64,000 bases of DNA, taken from positions 943,122-1,007,121 of the forward strand of contig MU004233.1 of the NCBI GenBank assembly GCA_010405405.1, written 5' to 3'. Source of the DNA: Microthyrium microscopicum. Lineage: Eukaryota. Positions 26,459 to 40,040 of this stretch are shown piece after piece. Every line of letters starts with the position of its first letter. The stretch's first letter is position 1. The translations under genes and the position numbers were made by a program. The notes under the pieces are model-generated. The model made no database searches, was not told the DNA's origin, and was given only the letters and a program-made list of their open reading frames with translations.

Positions 26459-27059
26459 GATGAAAGATTCTACTCGATGCCTGTAGTTTGTTGGATATTA
26501 TATAGAAGGTCTCCGGATGAAGTAGACGACGAGCTGCAAAGTTTGTGGGAGAAGTTTTGAAAGGGGTAGTGTACCGCCAAGTTGTGGATTATATGGAGTA
26601 AATGGGGTTTGGTGCTAATGGATTTTTTCAGGTGTCGTTGGAGTTCCAGTCGGTTGAAGTTGGTCTAAAACCCAAAAGGTAGTACTCTAGTGAAGCAGCT
26701 CCCGACCACAGACGTGGAAAAAGGTCGAAAAGTGCACTTCAAACGCCTTGCGCCAATGGGCTGCAGAGTGAAGTAAAATATGAAAAAGGTGAATTTGCAG
26801 GTTTTCCGTCTGTTTGATTTGTGCAGCCTGCAGGCTTCAGCAGAAATTAGTTTGTCGTGGATGCGTGCCTGAAGCTGCTGAGGTCGCAGAGTTGGGGCCT
26901 CGGTTGTTGTTTGTTGTTAAAAAAGTGTTGGCTCCAGATTCCAGATGCAGTCGGCAGACATGCAGTAGTGGTGGTGAAAGCTCTCGGAACACCCGCCGGT
27001 TGGTAATTATTTGTCCAGGTAGGCAAACGTGAGTGAAGCAAATTGCGAAGCGTGGTAGA

Positions 27060-27880
27060 TGCAATCAAGCACCAGGCAGAGAGGAGAGAAAAGTAGAGCA
27101 AAGGTTGGGGCCTCTAGAAAGTGGTGAGAGAGGGAGTTGGAGGAGTTGGAGGAGTTGGAGATGAAAGGGCAGAGAAAGGCTCGCAGCTCGGCAGACGAAG
27201 AAGCCTGGATGAAATGGCGGGGCGACGTATATAGAAAGGGAAAGTGCATTCGGGAGTGGGTAGACTAGTGTTGTTAAGGTAGGGAAGGCGCGACATAGGA
27301 AACAAATCTTGCTAGGAGTTGAGGTAGGAGACAATCGTGGAGGGTAAGAGCCAGGAGTAAGAGGAGGTGTTCTGTGGTGGATCAGATGCGACAGAGTCGG
27401 GGGTCAAACGACAACCAGCGTCGGGAGGGAATGGCTAAGACTAGGAACATGAACAACAGGAAACCTGAACCTGAACCTGAACGCTGGCAAAGGGGATAAT
27501 AAGAAAAGGAATACATAGCATCTAAGCATTTAGCCTACTTGCCGGGCCCTCATAATGCTCAGAAGACTAATAGTATGGTTAGTATGGTACATCCTTCGTA
27601 CTCTGGGCAGTACTAAGAATGAACCTGGAATATCGACTAAGGAACCGCCAATTCCTCCACCAGAGTCCCAGACCACCTCAGAGACATGCTGCTAAAACTC
27701 CACACATGGCACTATCCTTCCGGCTACCTACCCAATGAGGAAAGGGGGGAGAGCCAATATAGACCTGTATGACCTCTAAGACCCGTCACCTATTAGTTGT
27801 ATAAGCTCTAGGAAGCCCACAGACCTGAAAACTGATTCATCTGGCCTGCGCCTCGCACTATTGTATTTTATATCCGGACC
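27060..27880. repeat. Possible degenerate repeat or TE relic with short tandem repeats
   Basis: Purine-biased and TpA-enriched, with (GGAGTTGGA)n near 27133 and (GAACCT)n near 27461. No intact ORF. Confidence 0.2.
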
Positions 27881-29211
27881 CCATATATCAAGGTTCGGCT
27901 GCAGTACTTGTCACTGCCGTTGTCAATATTACGCCGTCTTCATCTGATCCGTCACCGCATCGCGACTCGGTCCATTTGCCTCTCGCGTTTCTGCTTGGCT
28001 GCATCCCATGCATGGAAGTCTCGGATCGGGGGTCCCAAAAAACAAAGACGGCTTCCTGCAGCATTGCAATTCCCAGCCCTGTACTCTCACCTGTTTCTAC
28101 AAACACCCAGCTGCATGTCTTCGCCCAATTCTTCAGGGAGCAAGATACCTGCTCCCTTACCAGGCGACTGGAGAGAAGAGTACTCTTTGAGCAAATGGTT
28201 CGGTCGCCGTTAAACCAAACAGATTCAAATATGCAATAAGAACAATTTGATTGCTGAAGGATTACATGGCCGTGACAACCTATAGGGGAGGTATAGGCCG
28301 TGGAATCAGCTGTTGGTTTGGCTTCATATATCAATCGGTGCTGCCAGGTCCAATTTGGGAGTAAAATGACGGTTGTGGACGTGCTTCATATGGGGAGATT
28401 GTCTGATTGCGGCCTATGCTGGGTTACGCAGTCGTTTTTCATTTGAGCCGCAACGCAAGGGTTAAGATCTGGCATAAGATACCATCTCGGAGAGGATGGG
28501 CATATACTTGACCTGGCTTGCAAATTTCCCATCGCGTCCGGTGCCCATAAAGTGCTTAACTTCCCATCACTTTTGATAGCTTAGATGCGAAGTTAACCCC
28601 CAAGGAACATGGATTTGATGAAAGCTGACCTCGAGTGGATAAGGACGCCCAGTAACATTGGGTCCACTCTGGCATTGCTAGTCGTCTAAAAGGTATCCGA
28701 ACAAGGCCCGGCGATTGCTGATAGACAAGATGTCAGGTGGACTCAACGTTGAATAAGACTGGAGCCATGATTGCCGCTAGACGAGACTCGCAGAAGTAGT
28801 TGCGAGAACACAACTTGATTCAATCAGCTGGTCTCAGCCTGTCTCTAATGCTGGTGCAGTAGCCAAGACATGGCCGCCAAACACCATATTTCTGCTCTGA
28901 AACGAGTGGAATGAATTCATAGTATTGAAAGGATTTTCTGAAGTTGAAGTTGGAAAGAAAGGAGAGAAGAAATCCGAAAAGTGCAATAGGAAGGAAGATC
29001 AGAGATGAGTAAGCGCGCTTGCGAGCGTGGCCAGCTAGGGGCTAGATTAGATCAATCTGATTAGATGCCCCTCCGTACTGCCCCGCGATGCCGCCACTCC
29101 CGCTTAGCGGGCCATTGACCCGATCTCTCGCGCTTAGCGACGCAACCTCCATTGTTGCATAAGAAATTATTCTGATCTCGAATATCACTCTCCTGGTGAT
29201 TCTATATCTCA

Positions 29212-30976
29212 ATGGCGTTGAGAAGGTCGAGCTCTCTAGCTTTACGGCACCTTAATCCAGCTATACGCCCTCTATATACTCCAGCTACCCTTTCCATACA
29301 CCGGTCCAGACGGCTCTATTCCTCCACACACGATCATGACCGCATACAACATGTACCAAGCTCCAGCTCGCCCCGGTCGCGACTATTGCTAACGAACTTT
29401 TCAGGTCCTACAAGAGCACCTTAAAGAAGCAGATCCCAAAGTATGGAACATAGTACAAAAGGTTGGTTGCATCATTGAACGGTGCCTACCACGCATCATT
29501 GACCCTGGCCTAGGAAAAAGCTCGCCAGCAACACTTCATAAACCTAATTCCCTCTGAGAATTTCACGTCACAAGCTGTACTCGATGCTTTAGGGAGTCCT
29601 ATGCAAAGTTGGTGACCATATTGGCTTTTGTTTGAGCCAGCTACTAATCTGACTCAGACAAGTACTCGGAAGGCTATCCCGGTGAAAGATATTATGGTGG
29701 CAACGAATGGATAGATGAAGCAGAGAGACTATGCCAACAGCGAGCTCTCGAGGCGTTTCGCCTCTCTCCCGAAGAATGGGGGGTTAACGTACAGCGTAAA
29801 TGCGCAAGGCTTTGGTGTTGAACATATATCTAACTTTCTGTAGCACTATCTGGCTCTCCTGCCAATCTGTACGCGTATTCGGCCGTCCTAGGAAACAAGG
29901 ATCGACTAATGGGCCTGGATCTTCCCCATGGCGGCCATCTTTCCCATGGCTATCAGACACCCACTAAAAAGATATCCATGATATCGAAATACTTCGAGAC
30001 TCTTGCTTATCGCCTTGACGAGAAGACCGGTCTCATAGATTACGATGCACTTCAAAATCTGGCTACCCTTTACCGACCGAAGATCATAATTGCAGGTGCT
30101 TCAGCTTACAGCAGACTAATTGACTACGAACGGATGAAGAAGATTTGTGATTCCGTAAACGCATATCTTCTCAGCGATATGGCCCACATCTCAGGACTCG
30201 TTGCAGCAGACGTCATTCCATCACCCTTCCTATCTTCCGATATCGTCACCACAACCACTCACAAGTCTCTTCGAGGACCTCGCGGAGCCATGATTTTCTA
30301 CCGAAAAGGCGTGCGACGGACAAATAAGAAGGGCGTAGAAGAGAAATATGATCTCGAAGGACCTATCAACGCGTCCGTCTTCCCAGGCCATCAAGGTGGC
30401 CCACATAACCACACCATCACTGCTCTAGCAGTAGCATTGAAGCAAGCACAAACCGCAGACTTCAGAACATATCAAGAAACCGTGCTCAAAAACGCCACAG
30501 CCTTTGCAGACCGCTTTACAGAACTCGGCTACAACATCGTCAGCGGCGGCACATCCAACCATCTTATTCTCGTAGACCTGAAAGACAAGGGCGTTGATGG
30601 CAGCCAAGTAGAGCGTGTGCTTGAGCTAGTCGGCGTCGCATCCAACAAGAACACCGTTCCTGGAGACAAGTCCGCGATGCGACCTGGAGGACTACGTATG
30701 GGCACGCCTGCCATGACCACTCGAGGCTTTGAGCCTGAAGACTTTAAGCGTGTGGCTGAAGTAGTAGACCGTGCAGTCAAGATCACGCAAACCATCAGCA
30801 AGGCAGCAGTGGAAAAGAAAATCACAAAACCAAAAGAGTTCCTCAAGTTTTTGGGCAATGGCGAGGATTATACGGAGATTGTGCGCTTGCGCAAGGAAGT
30901 CGAGGATTGGGCGGGGACTTTTGTGCTCCCTTGGGATCCTTCGACCTTTGAGCTTGTGGCTGAAGAGAAATCGTAG
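29212..30976 (+). CDS. SHM1: Serine hydroxymethyltransferase, mitochondrial. Introns ~29353-29404, 29462-29513, 29608-29657, 29796-29843
   Basis: Arg-rich presequence, [34 protein letters not shown] lysine motif [26 protein letters not shown]. Confidence 0.97.
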
Positions 30977-32386
30977 CGAGATGGTTGAAGAGGTGGGATT
31001 GTTTGCTTGGAGCTGCTTATATGTTAGGAGCTGTACATGGGCTTGTGTAGTTTATGGCGTTGACTACGTAACGATGTCAGGCTGATGTAGCGTGCATTTA
31101 TATAATTCAACAATGATGTCTGTTCATAGAGCAGTTATACGCGTATATCAAGTCTTTACCTCTCCTCATTTTCAACTTGATTCTAACGTTTGACACAATC
31201 TTGATGGGGTTTATGATTCAGATGATAGTGAATACACATTTTTCCAAAGCCCGAATGCACTCGCAAAGCCGTATCGAACTCTGATATCATCAGACAATTC
31301 GAATCTGCCAAACAGAAGGAAAGTAGTATCGCGCTCAAGAGCAATACACTATTCCCAATCGTTGTAGCTACAGTACATGGTTGGTCACATAACCCACAGC
31401 ATAGCCACAGCATTTCCATTTCTTTCTTCCCAATGCGGGACGCAGCTGCCTATATCAACCGCAGCGAAGAGATGATCCTTTTCACTAGAACTGTTTGGTG
31501 GCTCCCCTTCAGCAAGTCACTGTAACATTTGGCGTTGTTGATGTTAGTGCGACCAGTATGTGTAAGCGCTGTTCGCCACACAGGAGGTGACGATTATGGC
31601 TGGAGTAACTTGCGGTGTTGATTGAAACATGATGTATGAAGAGATTCTGTCTGATGAGGTTATTCGAATATGATATGGTGTCTGGTCTGGATCGGTGAGG
31701 ATGTTTACATTCTCGGACTAGGCAGAAGGTATATTTCTTGGTAGAGAGCGGATTAACGGAACCATTGTTTTCAGCATTAGATCAAGCTGGGTATCACGGT
31801 AACGAGACTCTTCCGACGACGTGTTTCAACTGTTGTCCATCTTATTACGGGAAGCCGTTCTAATGTTGGGAAAAGACTCCTCAGTCTCTCAGTTTCCGAA
31901 TCCAGATGCAAATATAACGACCCCCATCGTGACACAATCAAATCATCACAAACAGAAAGACACGATAGAAGTTGTGGATCATCACTACTTTGATTCTCAT
32001 CATCATCTCTTCCTGTAAACTACAAGATTATCATCAACCCTCCTAGAGCCAGCCACCTCATCCCCTTCAGATGGTATATAATCCTCAATCTCCATATCAT
32101 CAGTGACATATCACAACCTCATTTTGACCCCCGGTATCATTTCATATGCAAAAAAAGTAGATGTTATGTGGATTGCAACATAAACACAAAAGACGCTCAT
32201 AAATGATAGATGTGGGGTATGCTGGTTACTTGAAAATCAAAGGAAAACATGAATAGGTTATCAAAAAGCCGCATGGGAGCTGTGTGCTCGGAACGAATGT
32301 GGTATCTCAAAATAAAGCAAAAAGAAAACGTAAAAGCAAAGAGGTGTGGAGAGTGTGGCAGCTCGGGAGAGAGTTCGGAGGAAGTT

Positions 32387-35059
32387 TTATGATTGCCTCC
32401 TGGGTGGTGCGGCGGGCGGTGTACTGCCTTCGGCGTGGGGAATCGTCGTTACGCTGTAATTTGCGTCGCTGTTGGCATATTCGAGCAGCTCGGGAAGATC
32501 CAGATCAAAGGGATCACTGACACGCGAGGCGTTGCGGGGCGAACCACCGCCTGAACGTTCTGTGGGAGAAGGTTGGCCGGCCATTGAGGGTGGGCGGGTT
32601 GGACCGGGACTGCCCCAGGAGGAGGGAAAGGAGAGTGAGAGTGAAGAGGAAGAGCTGGTGCTGCTAAGACGTTCATGTCCGCGCGTGGATCCGCCGCTGG
32701 GTACTCGGGGTGGGCGACCGACGGAGAGGCGGTCGGGGTTTTGTGGGAAGGGTACACGAGGTGAGGAGGTTGGCATGAGAGGGGCTCTTGATTCTGTCCG
32801 ACGGTGATTATTGCGATTGAAGATGTTGATGCCCAGGCCGTTGAAGCGGGGTGAGTGAAGGCTTTCGGGGGAGGCGGAAGCGAAGCCAGAGTCAGCAGAG
32901 CCATTATACTTGTGGCTGCTAATGCTGGAGGCGGCGGTCTTGGTGATTTGAGGGATGCCAGGCATGGTACGTGTTTGAGAGATTGCTGGAGAGTTGGAGT
33001 ATTGAGAGGTCGTGTCGGTAGAGGCCCGCTGTAGGATTTTGGGTGTTGTGCTAGAGGATGCTTCAGGGTCGGCGAAAGGATCAGATATTGGTACAGGATC
33101 TGCAAAGGGGTTCTGGGAGGTAGAAGGCGTTCGTCGGTGGTTGGATCGAGTTGGTGATAAAGGAGAGGAATGTTTGAGATTAGACGATACCATCCCACCG
33201 GCTACTCCAGCTGCAGCAGCCATACCAAAAGCACCCATGGGGAGGAGTGGTGGCTTTGCAGACAATGGTGTTGATAATGGTGTGCCTTGTAGCGAAGCAT
33301 CCCGATTGACGATCCGCAGTGGCGCTGAAGGATCCGGATCGATGAAAGGATTATTGAGATCTGATAGCACAGGATATGCCATTCCACTTATCGATGAGAC
33401 CGATCGCCTATGAGGATCTCCCAAGTTGACCTTTGGAATGGTTGGCAATCCATCCGGAGCATTCCGTGAAACAGCTTTTGGTGGTGGTGCATTGAACGCT
33501 CTGCTGGCTGGCTCACTTGATGATCGTCTTCTTGATGATGTATCCACCTCTTGCATATACGGTGTCCTTTCCAATCCTCTTTCCAAAGCTGGGGTATTCG
33601 AGCGTACTGAGTCGGCCTCATCTCGTCTTGAATTCCGTCCGGAGAAGAACGCGCGCACATTGTCACGGGGACTTGATCTTCTATCGACGACAAAGCTACC
33701 AGAGACAAGATCTCTTGGCTGTTGTCGTCTTCTTCTTAAGCAGAAGAATATAAGCGCACATATCAGCGAGATTGCGACAATTGCAGAGACGGATCCAGCA
33801 ATGATAGCAGTGCTTTTTGCCTTGGATCCTGCAGCGGCTTCCTCAACGGACGCACCAGCTCCTCCACCCATACCACCGCCACCTCCTGTACCAGCTTTTG
33901 GATTTCCTGTAGGCTTATTCCGACCCATATCAGTTCCCACTCCAGTTGCTCCTGGCCTTAACGTTACGCTGGGCGTCATCCATGTGGTGGCTATAATGCC
34001 CGAGGACGTAAATAATACGGGAACGGGTAGTGGTACTCCTTCTGTGTTTACTGGTCCTTGACCAAGCGATACTATCGGCATCGGACCACCAGGTCCAACT
34101 GACTGCAATACGGGAGAGACAACATTTGGACTACCTGATGGGCCTGGTGGCTGATTTGGATCGTGTCCTGACTGAGCTGGATCATGTCCGGGTTGGGCGG
34201 GATCGTGAGGCGTCGATCCAATTCCAGAGCCGCTTCCACCACCAGTTCCTGATCCTGATCCGGAATTTGCACCTGTTGGTCGTGGTTGAGTTGGGTTATT
34301 AGGTTGTGGACTATTAGGTTGCGGGTTATTAGGCTGAGGATTATTCGGACTGTTTGGTGCCACAGGTACAGGTGCTACTACGGCAGGTGTGTTCTAGGGA
34401 TTAACATGTTAGCGACAATTCAAAGACTTTCCTAAAGTTTGGAGAGTTTGTGGTATAAGTCATGTCATGGGAAGCCATGGACTGAGCGGCCAAGTTGGTA
34501 AATCATCCAAAATATCCATATTTTTTCTGTAAAAATTGCACATCTTAGTCTGACATATGGGGAATGAAAATCATTACAATGGTAATGATTTTGCTTCTCG
34601 CCTTTGAATTGTTGATTTTGCATTAGGATTGCAAAGCATTAGAAATTATCTCACCTGTGATGGGGGACTGGTGACCTGAGCAGGTCCAATGCCACCAACT
34701 GCCGCCGAAGATTGTATTGAAGGAGGTAAAGCTACTGGCGGTGCAGGCTGCGGTATAGGATCGGGGGCTGCTGCTGTGGGAGCTGGCGCCGGAGCGGGTT
34801 GAGGATTTGGTGTTGGAGCATTTGGTGTAGGGACTGGAGCAGGAATTATGACGGTGGCTATTTGTTGACCACTTATTCCTGGATAATTCGTTGTAGGTGC
34901 GTATACGGATTTGCTAGATGTTGCTACTGCTGATGTAGCTCCGGCAGGTTTTATCGAAGGGCTTAGAGTTTCTTTCAATGTCGAATTGTTGAGTCCACTT
35001 CCAACGCCACGGCGGACTTTCGTACAGCGCCGGCCACGAAAGGTCGTGAGAGAGGCCAT
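32387..35059 (-). CDS. Pro/Ser/Gly-rich mucin-like single-pass membrane protein. Intron 34654-34394
   Basis: Exon 1 MASLTTFRGRRCTKVRR splices in frame to the 658-aa ORF. TM AIIAGSVSAIVAISLICALIFFCL followed by RRRR; cytoplasmic NPF motifs and VSDPFDLD. Confidence 0.82.
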
Positions 35060-38000
35060 GCAATCGGCCGTAGAAGCGCAGGCATGAGGCACAGGCTTCT
35101 TCTATCGTATCTTGAGGGTGACTGTAGTCCGGTTGGGTATGATCGAGGACGGTTCGTGGGTTGGGTGGCGATGTTGTTGGAGTCGCAAATGTACGGGTCA
35201 GACGAAGAGAGGAACCTGTACAGACGAAAGATCAAGATGGGGTAGATGAGGATCAGAACAGGGCCGTTCGGCAAGGAAGAGAGCAAAGCGCGTCCCAAAC
35301 ACTATGCGAGCAATATGCTTTTTGCCGGCGGGCACAGGTAGTAGGGAGACAGGGCGTAACCCAGACGGGAAACAAAAGCCAGGCGGAAGCATTTAGGGTC
35401 CGAAAGTTAGAAGTACAGTAGAGAGACCAAACAAATGGCAGTATATTGGTTGGACGGGCGGCGACAGAGAGGCCCTTGGGGGGATCTAGCACAGACAGCG
35501 TACGGACATATTTGTCGGTGGGAGGTAGCAAGGCGTCTGGGGGGAGGTACTTTGGTACGTGTAGAGCATATAGTAGTAGAGAGTAGTAGCTAAAGTCTCA
35601 GACGGACAAGCCTGGAGTGAGGGCCCAGGGCACGGTATAGGAGGAGTCTATGACAATCATGGCAGAATTGGGAGCACGGAAGCAGAGGGTCACAGATGCC
35701 TGCGGGGCTCTGTTGGTAAGTCAAGGAAAGTGTAGCAGCGAGACTCGAGGGACCAGTAAACAGTAGGACTGGGGGGAGCGTTTGGTGGGCAAAGCATGCT
35801 GGAATCATATATGAGGCTGTAACCGTTTCAAGCTCTCACTCGTTAAACGCCGAGCGCCTGGGTGGTTGGACCAGGTGTGATGTGGCCTTCCCGCCAATCA
35901 ACAGCGTGAAGAGCACAAACATGGCCGACTGAAGTCTGTCAGAGACCATAAATCGGGGTCTGGGACTGGTTGAGAGCAGTTTGTGATGGAACCAATGTCC
36001 TGAACGTGTCCTGAACGATGAACTGAAGTTGGAGTTGGAGTTGGAGTTGGAGGAAGAGTTTGCCTTGTTGGCGCCCCTTTGCTCTCCTCCACAGCCAACA
36101 CCTGCAGGCTTGGCTTGGCGTGGCTTGCACCAGTCGGTCGAAATATCGAGACATGCTGCTTGGAGTCTGCAACAACATCTCGATATTCTCAGATCTGTAC
36201 TAACCCAATCATCAACGGAGCTGCCCAACCTGGTGCATAGACATTTGCTAGCAGTTAAGCATCGGACTCCTGCTTATATCAGAGCCTCAATAACAGTTCG
36301 CTCCACGGGAGCTCTCGCTGGCCTGCCGTCACTACAAAAATGCGCTGTTTACGTCACGCTCGGTGCCCTTCTCCATTCGGAGAATAATACCGCGCTGCTA
36401 AGGGACTTTGCGGTCTCTGTCGTGCCGAATCTGGGGTACGAGTCGACATGCCGAATGGACTGGCACACATTGCGAAAGGATCACAAATGCACTCGACAAA
36501 TCTAGCCCGCGAGGCCTCCCGGAGGCGTGACATATGCAGCCATCCGCTGTCAATTCAAGCCTCGACTCGGTTTTGTGGACTCGTGGAGTACTGCATAAAT
36601 CCAGCCGCAATGTGTACAGAACGCACCTTGTGCTCCTTCATTCACCCACTCACCCAATCCAACACCAGCGGCGCCACGGCCAGGACTCCCACTTACAGAA
36701 TTATTAGTTGCGTTCACTAAGATCATAACCCGATCTATTCCAGGGTGCGTTTCTCCACAGAAACAACCGTGGTAGTCCAAGCGTATCAGGAGTCGCGGCC
36801 TGTAAACTGTTTCGGTGATCTTGAGGCAACCCTATATCTTGCCAACCAAAAAAGATACAGAACAGCGCAATCCGCCACCAAAGTACATCACGCAACATCC
36901 AATTCTGTAAGGGTGAGGGGGTACCAGAGTCAGTATACATTCTGGCGACGTGCCGTCATGTAAGACCTGCTTCTGCCACTAACCCATGTATGAATAACAT
37001 GCTTCCCCGGCCGGCTAGACCCCTGCTATATTAAGATATAGTGAAATCGACCCAGAGATATAGTTCGCCATTGCCATGCGGTCCGATTCTTGGTAAAAGT
37101 CTCCTAGCGATGACAAGTGACGATCCCGAGGCTGTTGTCTCGTGGCGATACGTCCCACCCGTTCGTTCGACAATGATTGAGGGGTCGACTACTACGGAGA
37201 ATAATATCATTTGTGTGATGTCTAGCACTCCTGAATACGTTTTCCATATCTACTGAGAAGGGTCAGGCCCCAGACGCTTATGTAGTCTCTGGTGAGTTCG
37301 AATATCACTCCAACCAGATGTATGTTTTGAACATTGGATACATGAACGAATCAGGGAAATAAGAAAGATTGACAATGAATATCCTTCAAATCTCAAGGTC
37401 AAGACGCAGCTCTCAAGGTATATTCTGCACCCATCCCGCCACATGTCAGTAAGATTATCTGGGGTGCGGATCACTGATCCGATTGAAAAGCAAACGCCAT
37501 ATGCTGCTAGGTGTTTGACTCAATAGACTACAAGCACCAGCAAAAGATACATACCCTCTCATACAACGAGACAATCTATTGAAACTCCTTCTCCCAACGG
37601 TCAGCCTAACCTACATATCACCCAGCCCGGCTGAAAGCCCAGGTAAGACACCCATATGATCTAGGTAAACAACCGACTTTTTGTCCTGGTTTTGTGTAAC
37701 AACAAACCAGGCTTGGCCTGTTTGAAAATAGAAACTTGCGGCGGCCTTACCGTTTAGGCTTTGCCCGGAGAGTATAACTTTCAAGGTTTCTGGTCAATAT
37801 AAGCTATATCGCCCTAGCGGCGCGACCACCGAGTTGGGAAGGGAACCTGGTACGTTTCTTCTGGAACATATATGGTGAAGACTGACCTCGGCTTGCTGGA
37901 GCTCTGTGTTTGTGTGTCCCGCATTTAAACAACAAGAGGTCGTAGCTGTGGTCATTGGGTGTGGTATAGACGCATCCGTGGACATTGCACCATATCGTGA

Positions 38001-40040
38001 AGTTGCGATTGCAAAGGGTAAAGTATAATCTTTACAACGTGGTCTTGAAAACTGGTAGTTAGATAGTAGAATATCACACATCCTCCTGTCACATACCATA
38101 ATAACTCTGAAGTAATTCAAAGCGCAACCATTGACGGCATCGCGGCAAGCATAGTGCAATGGCGAAGCGAATGTCAAGAACTAAAGCATAGCCTTCCCAT
38201 CCACCAGATCTCTCCAACGATCAACGTAAACCTTCCACAAATTCCAATATAAGGCACTAACTCAACAACCAAAAGCGAAGTATTCTCCACCGCCATTCAG
38301 TTCATTCCTTTCCCCCCACCCATATTGTGCCGACTATATCATAGTCGGTATACGCGGAGACTTATGCAGCTGTGCCGCTCACCAACGCCAGATCCCAACA
38401 CTCTGGATTAGCTCCCATGGCTTGTCACAGCCACGGACACATTTTTCCGCCAGGCATAAGCTTGCGTCTACGTTGGATACCCACTCGTCCAGAAGTAGCT
38501 GGTGAGGCCGGGGGCAACGTACGCTTTTGGTATTTGTATATGAAGTCGCTGGCTGCCGTGGGAACTTTTGTGGTGCTTGAGATAGGTTGTTGAGAGGTCA
38601 CGGTACCTGAATTGGTGGCCCTTAGGACCGGCTGTGAGACTAAGTTATTGTCCTCGGTCGGGATGTGTTGCACTTGGTTTTAGACTGGAGGGTTGGTAGA
38701 TACTAGATTTTGATGTAGGCAGCTTATCGATGTGTAGGCTGTTGGTACCCGTGGATATGTATACTCAGTTTGGGCGGAGAATTCCCGGTTGGGAATAGGT
38801 AGTTCATATTCACAATCTCTCCATGGTAAAGACTCACTGTAGTGATAGAGATAGTCTCGGACGTACATTTTGTCCTATCTTGATGTCGATTGGAAATACA
38901 AATCGACCTTTAGAGTTGTAGCTTTGCGAATCTAGGACGAAAATATACCTGGATAGCGAGCATTTGGAATATTTTTGCATCGCCATCGCCGTACTATCGA
39001 CCTCAGGACATTGGCCTCACTGGCGATTTTGTCCATCGTGGAAACCAGATTCGTAGAGAGGCTAGGCTGCATATTGCAGAGCTGCTTCTAGAACAATGAG
39101 ATAAGATGGGGATCGGTGATTTTGCCCTCAGGCGGTACTCGTGATCTAAGCGTTTTGCAAGGTCTCAATGTCAGAAACTCTGACATATTACCGTTCTGCA
39201 CTTGCAAAAAATCAGATCACATTTCGAATTGATAGAAGAGAAAAGAAAGCGAGGATCGAGTAGATCGAAGCAGTGGGCTTGAAGTTGAAGAACCGCAAGA
39301 TAGAAATGAAGCTAGTGGAGATCACGACAACCCAAAAGAGGAAGGTACACCCGACCATGAGCTACCTTGTAACATCCAGATACTCTCATCTGCCCAACTA
39401 CATTCAATCCACGCAAATCCGATTATCGTCTGGGAGGGCTACTGAATACTCACGATGACCACCTGAAGTCCATCGAGACCAAGTTGCTCGTATTGAAGGA
39501 CTGCAAGTGGTACCTACCTACTTGAAAACATTCGCCTCTCAGAACTATGGTATGCCTTCTCAATGCCTGATAGCAACCCCTTTTCTAATTGCAGAAGCCC
39601 TTCAACCTCCCAAATCTCCGACGGCTCTTCGTAGACTCCAGAACAGAAGTAGAAGAGAACGCATACTCGAGACAAGCGGTAAGTCATCTGGTTAGCAAAT
39701 GTCCACATTGAAGACTGATTCCTCTTCAGTTCTACAACCTGGTCATTTTCATGTCTTCGGTCGGAACTTTCAGTCTTGTGGCGCAGAGAATGATGGATCA
39801 TTCATGACGAACACTATTGCATGAGAATGGTTGCAGTGGTGACATGTTCAATTTTGTACAGAAGCCATTGGCATCGGGAATTGCCGATGACTAGTATTAT
39901 CAACTTGTAAAGTACAACTTGTGTATGCGAAAAGAGGGTGGTATTGACAGCCGTTCTCTGATTAGAAAGGCTATACGTCTTTCCATGATAATATACACAT
40001 CCTGAAACCGAGTTATGCGGTACACTGCTCATATTTCCAT

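Noticed and set aside
33012..34302. Long antisense ORFs over real genes (also within SEC24, MPE1, BFR1 and DAL1)
   Set aside because: Shadow frames produced by the codon bias of the sense gene.
38330..38348. Inverted repeat CCGACTAT-N3-ATAGTCGG
   Set aside because: A single 8-bp stem in 64 kb is compatible with chance, and there is no associated gene.
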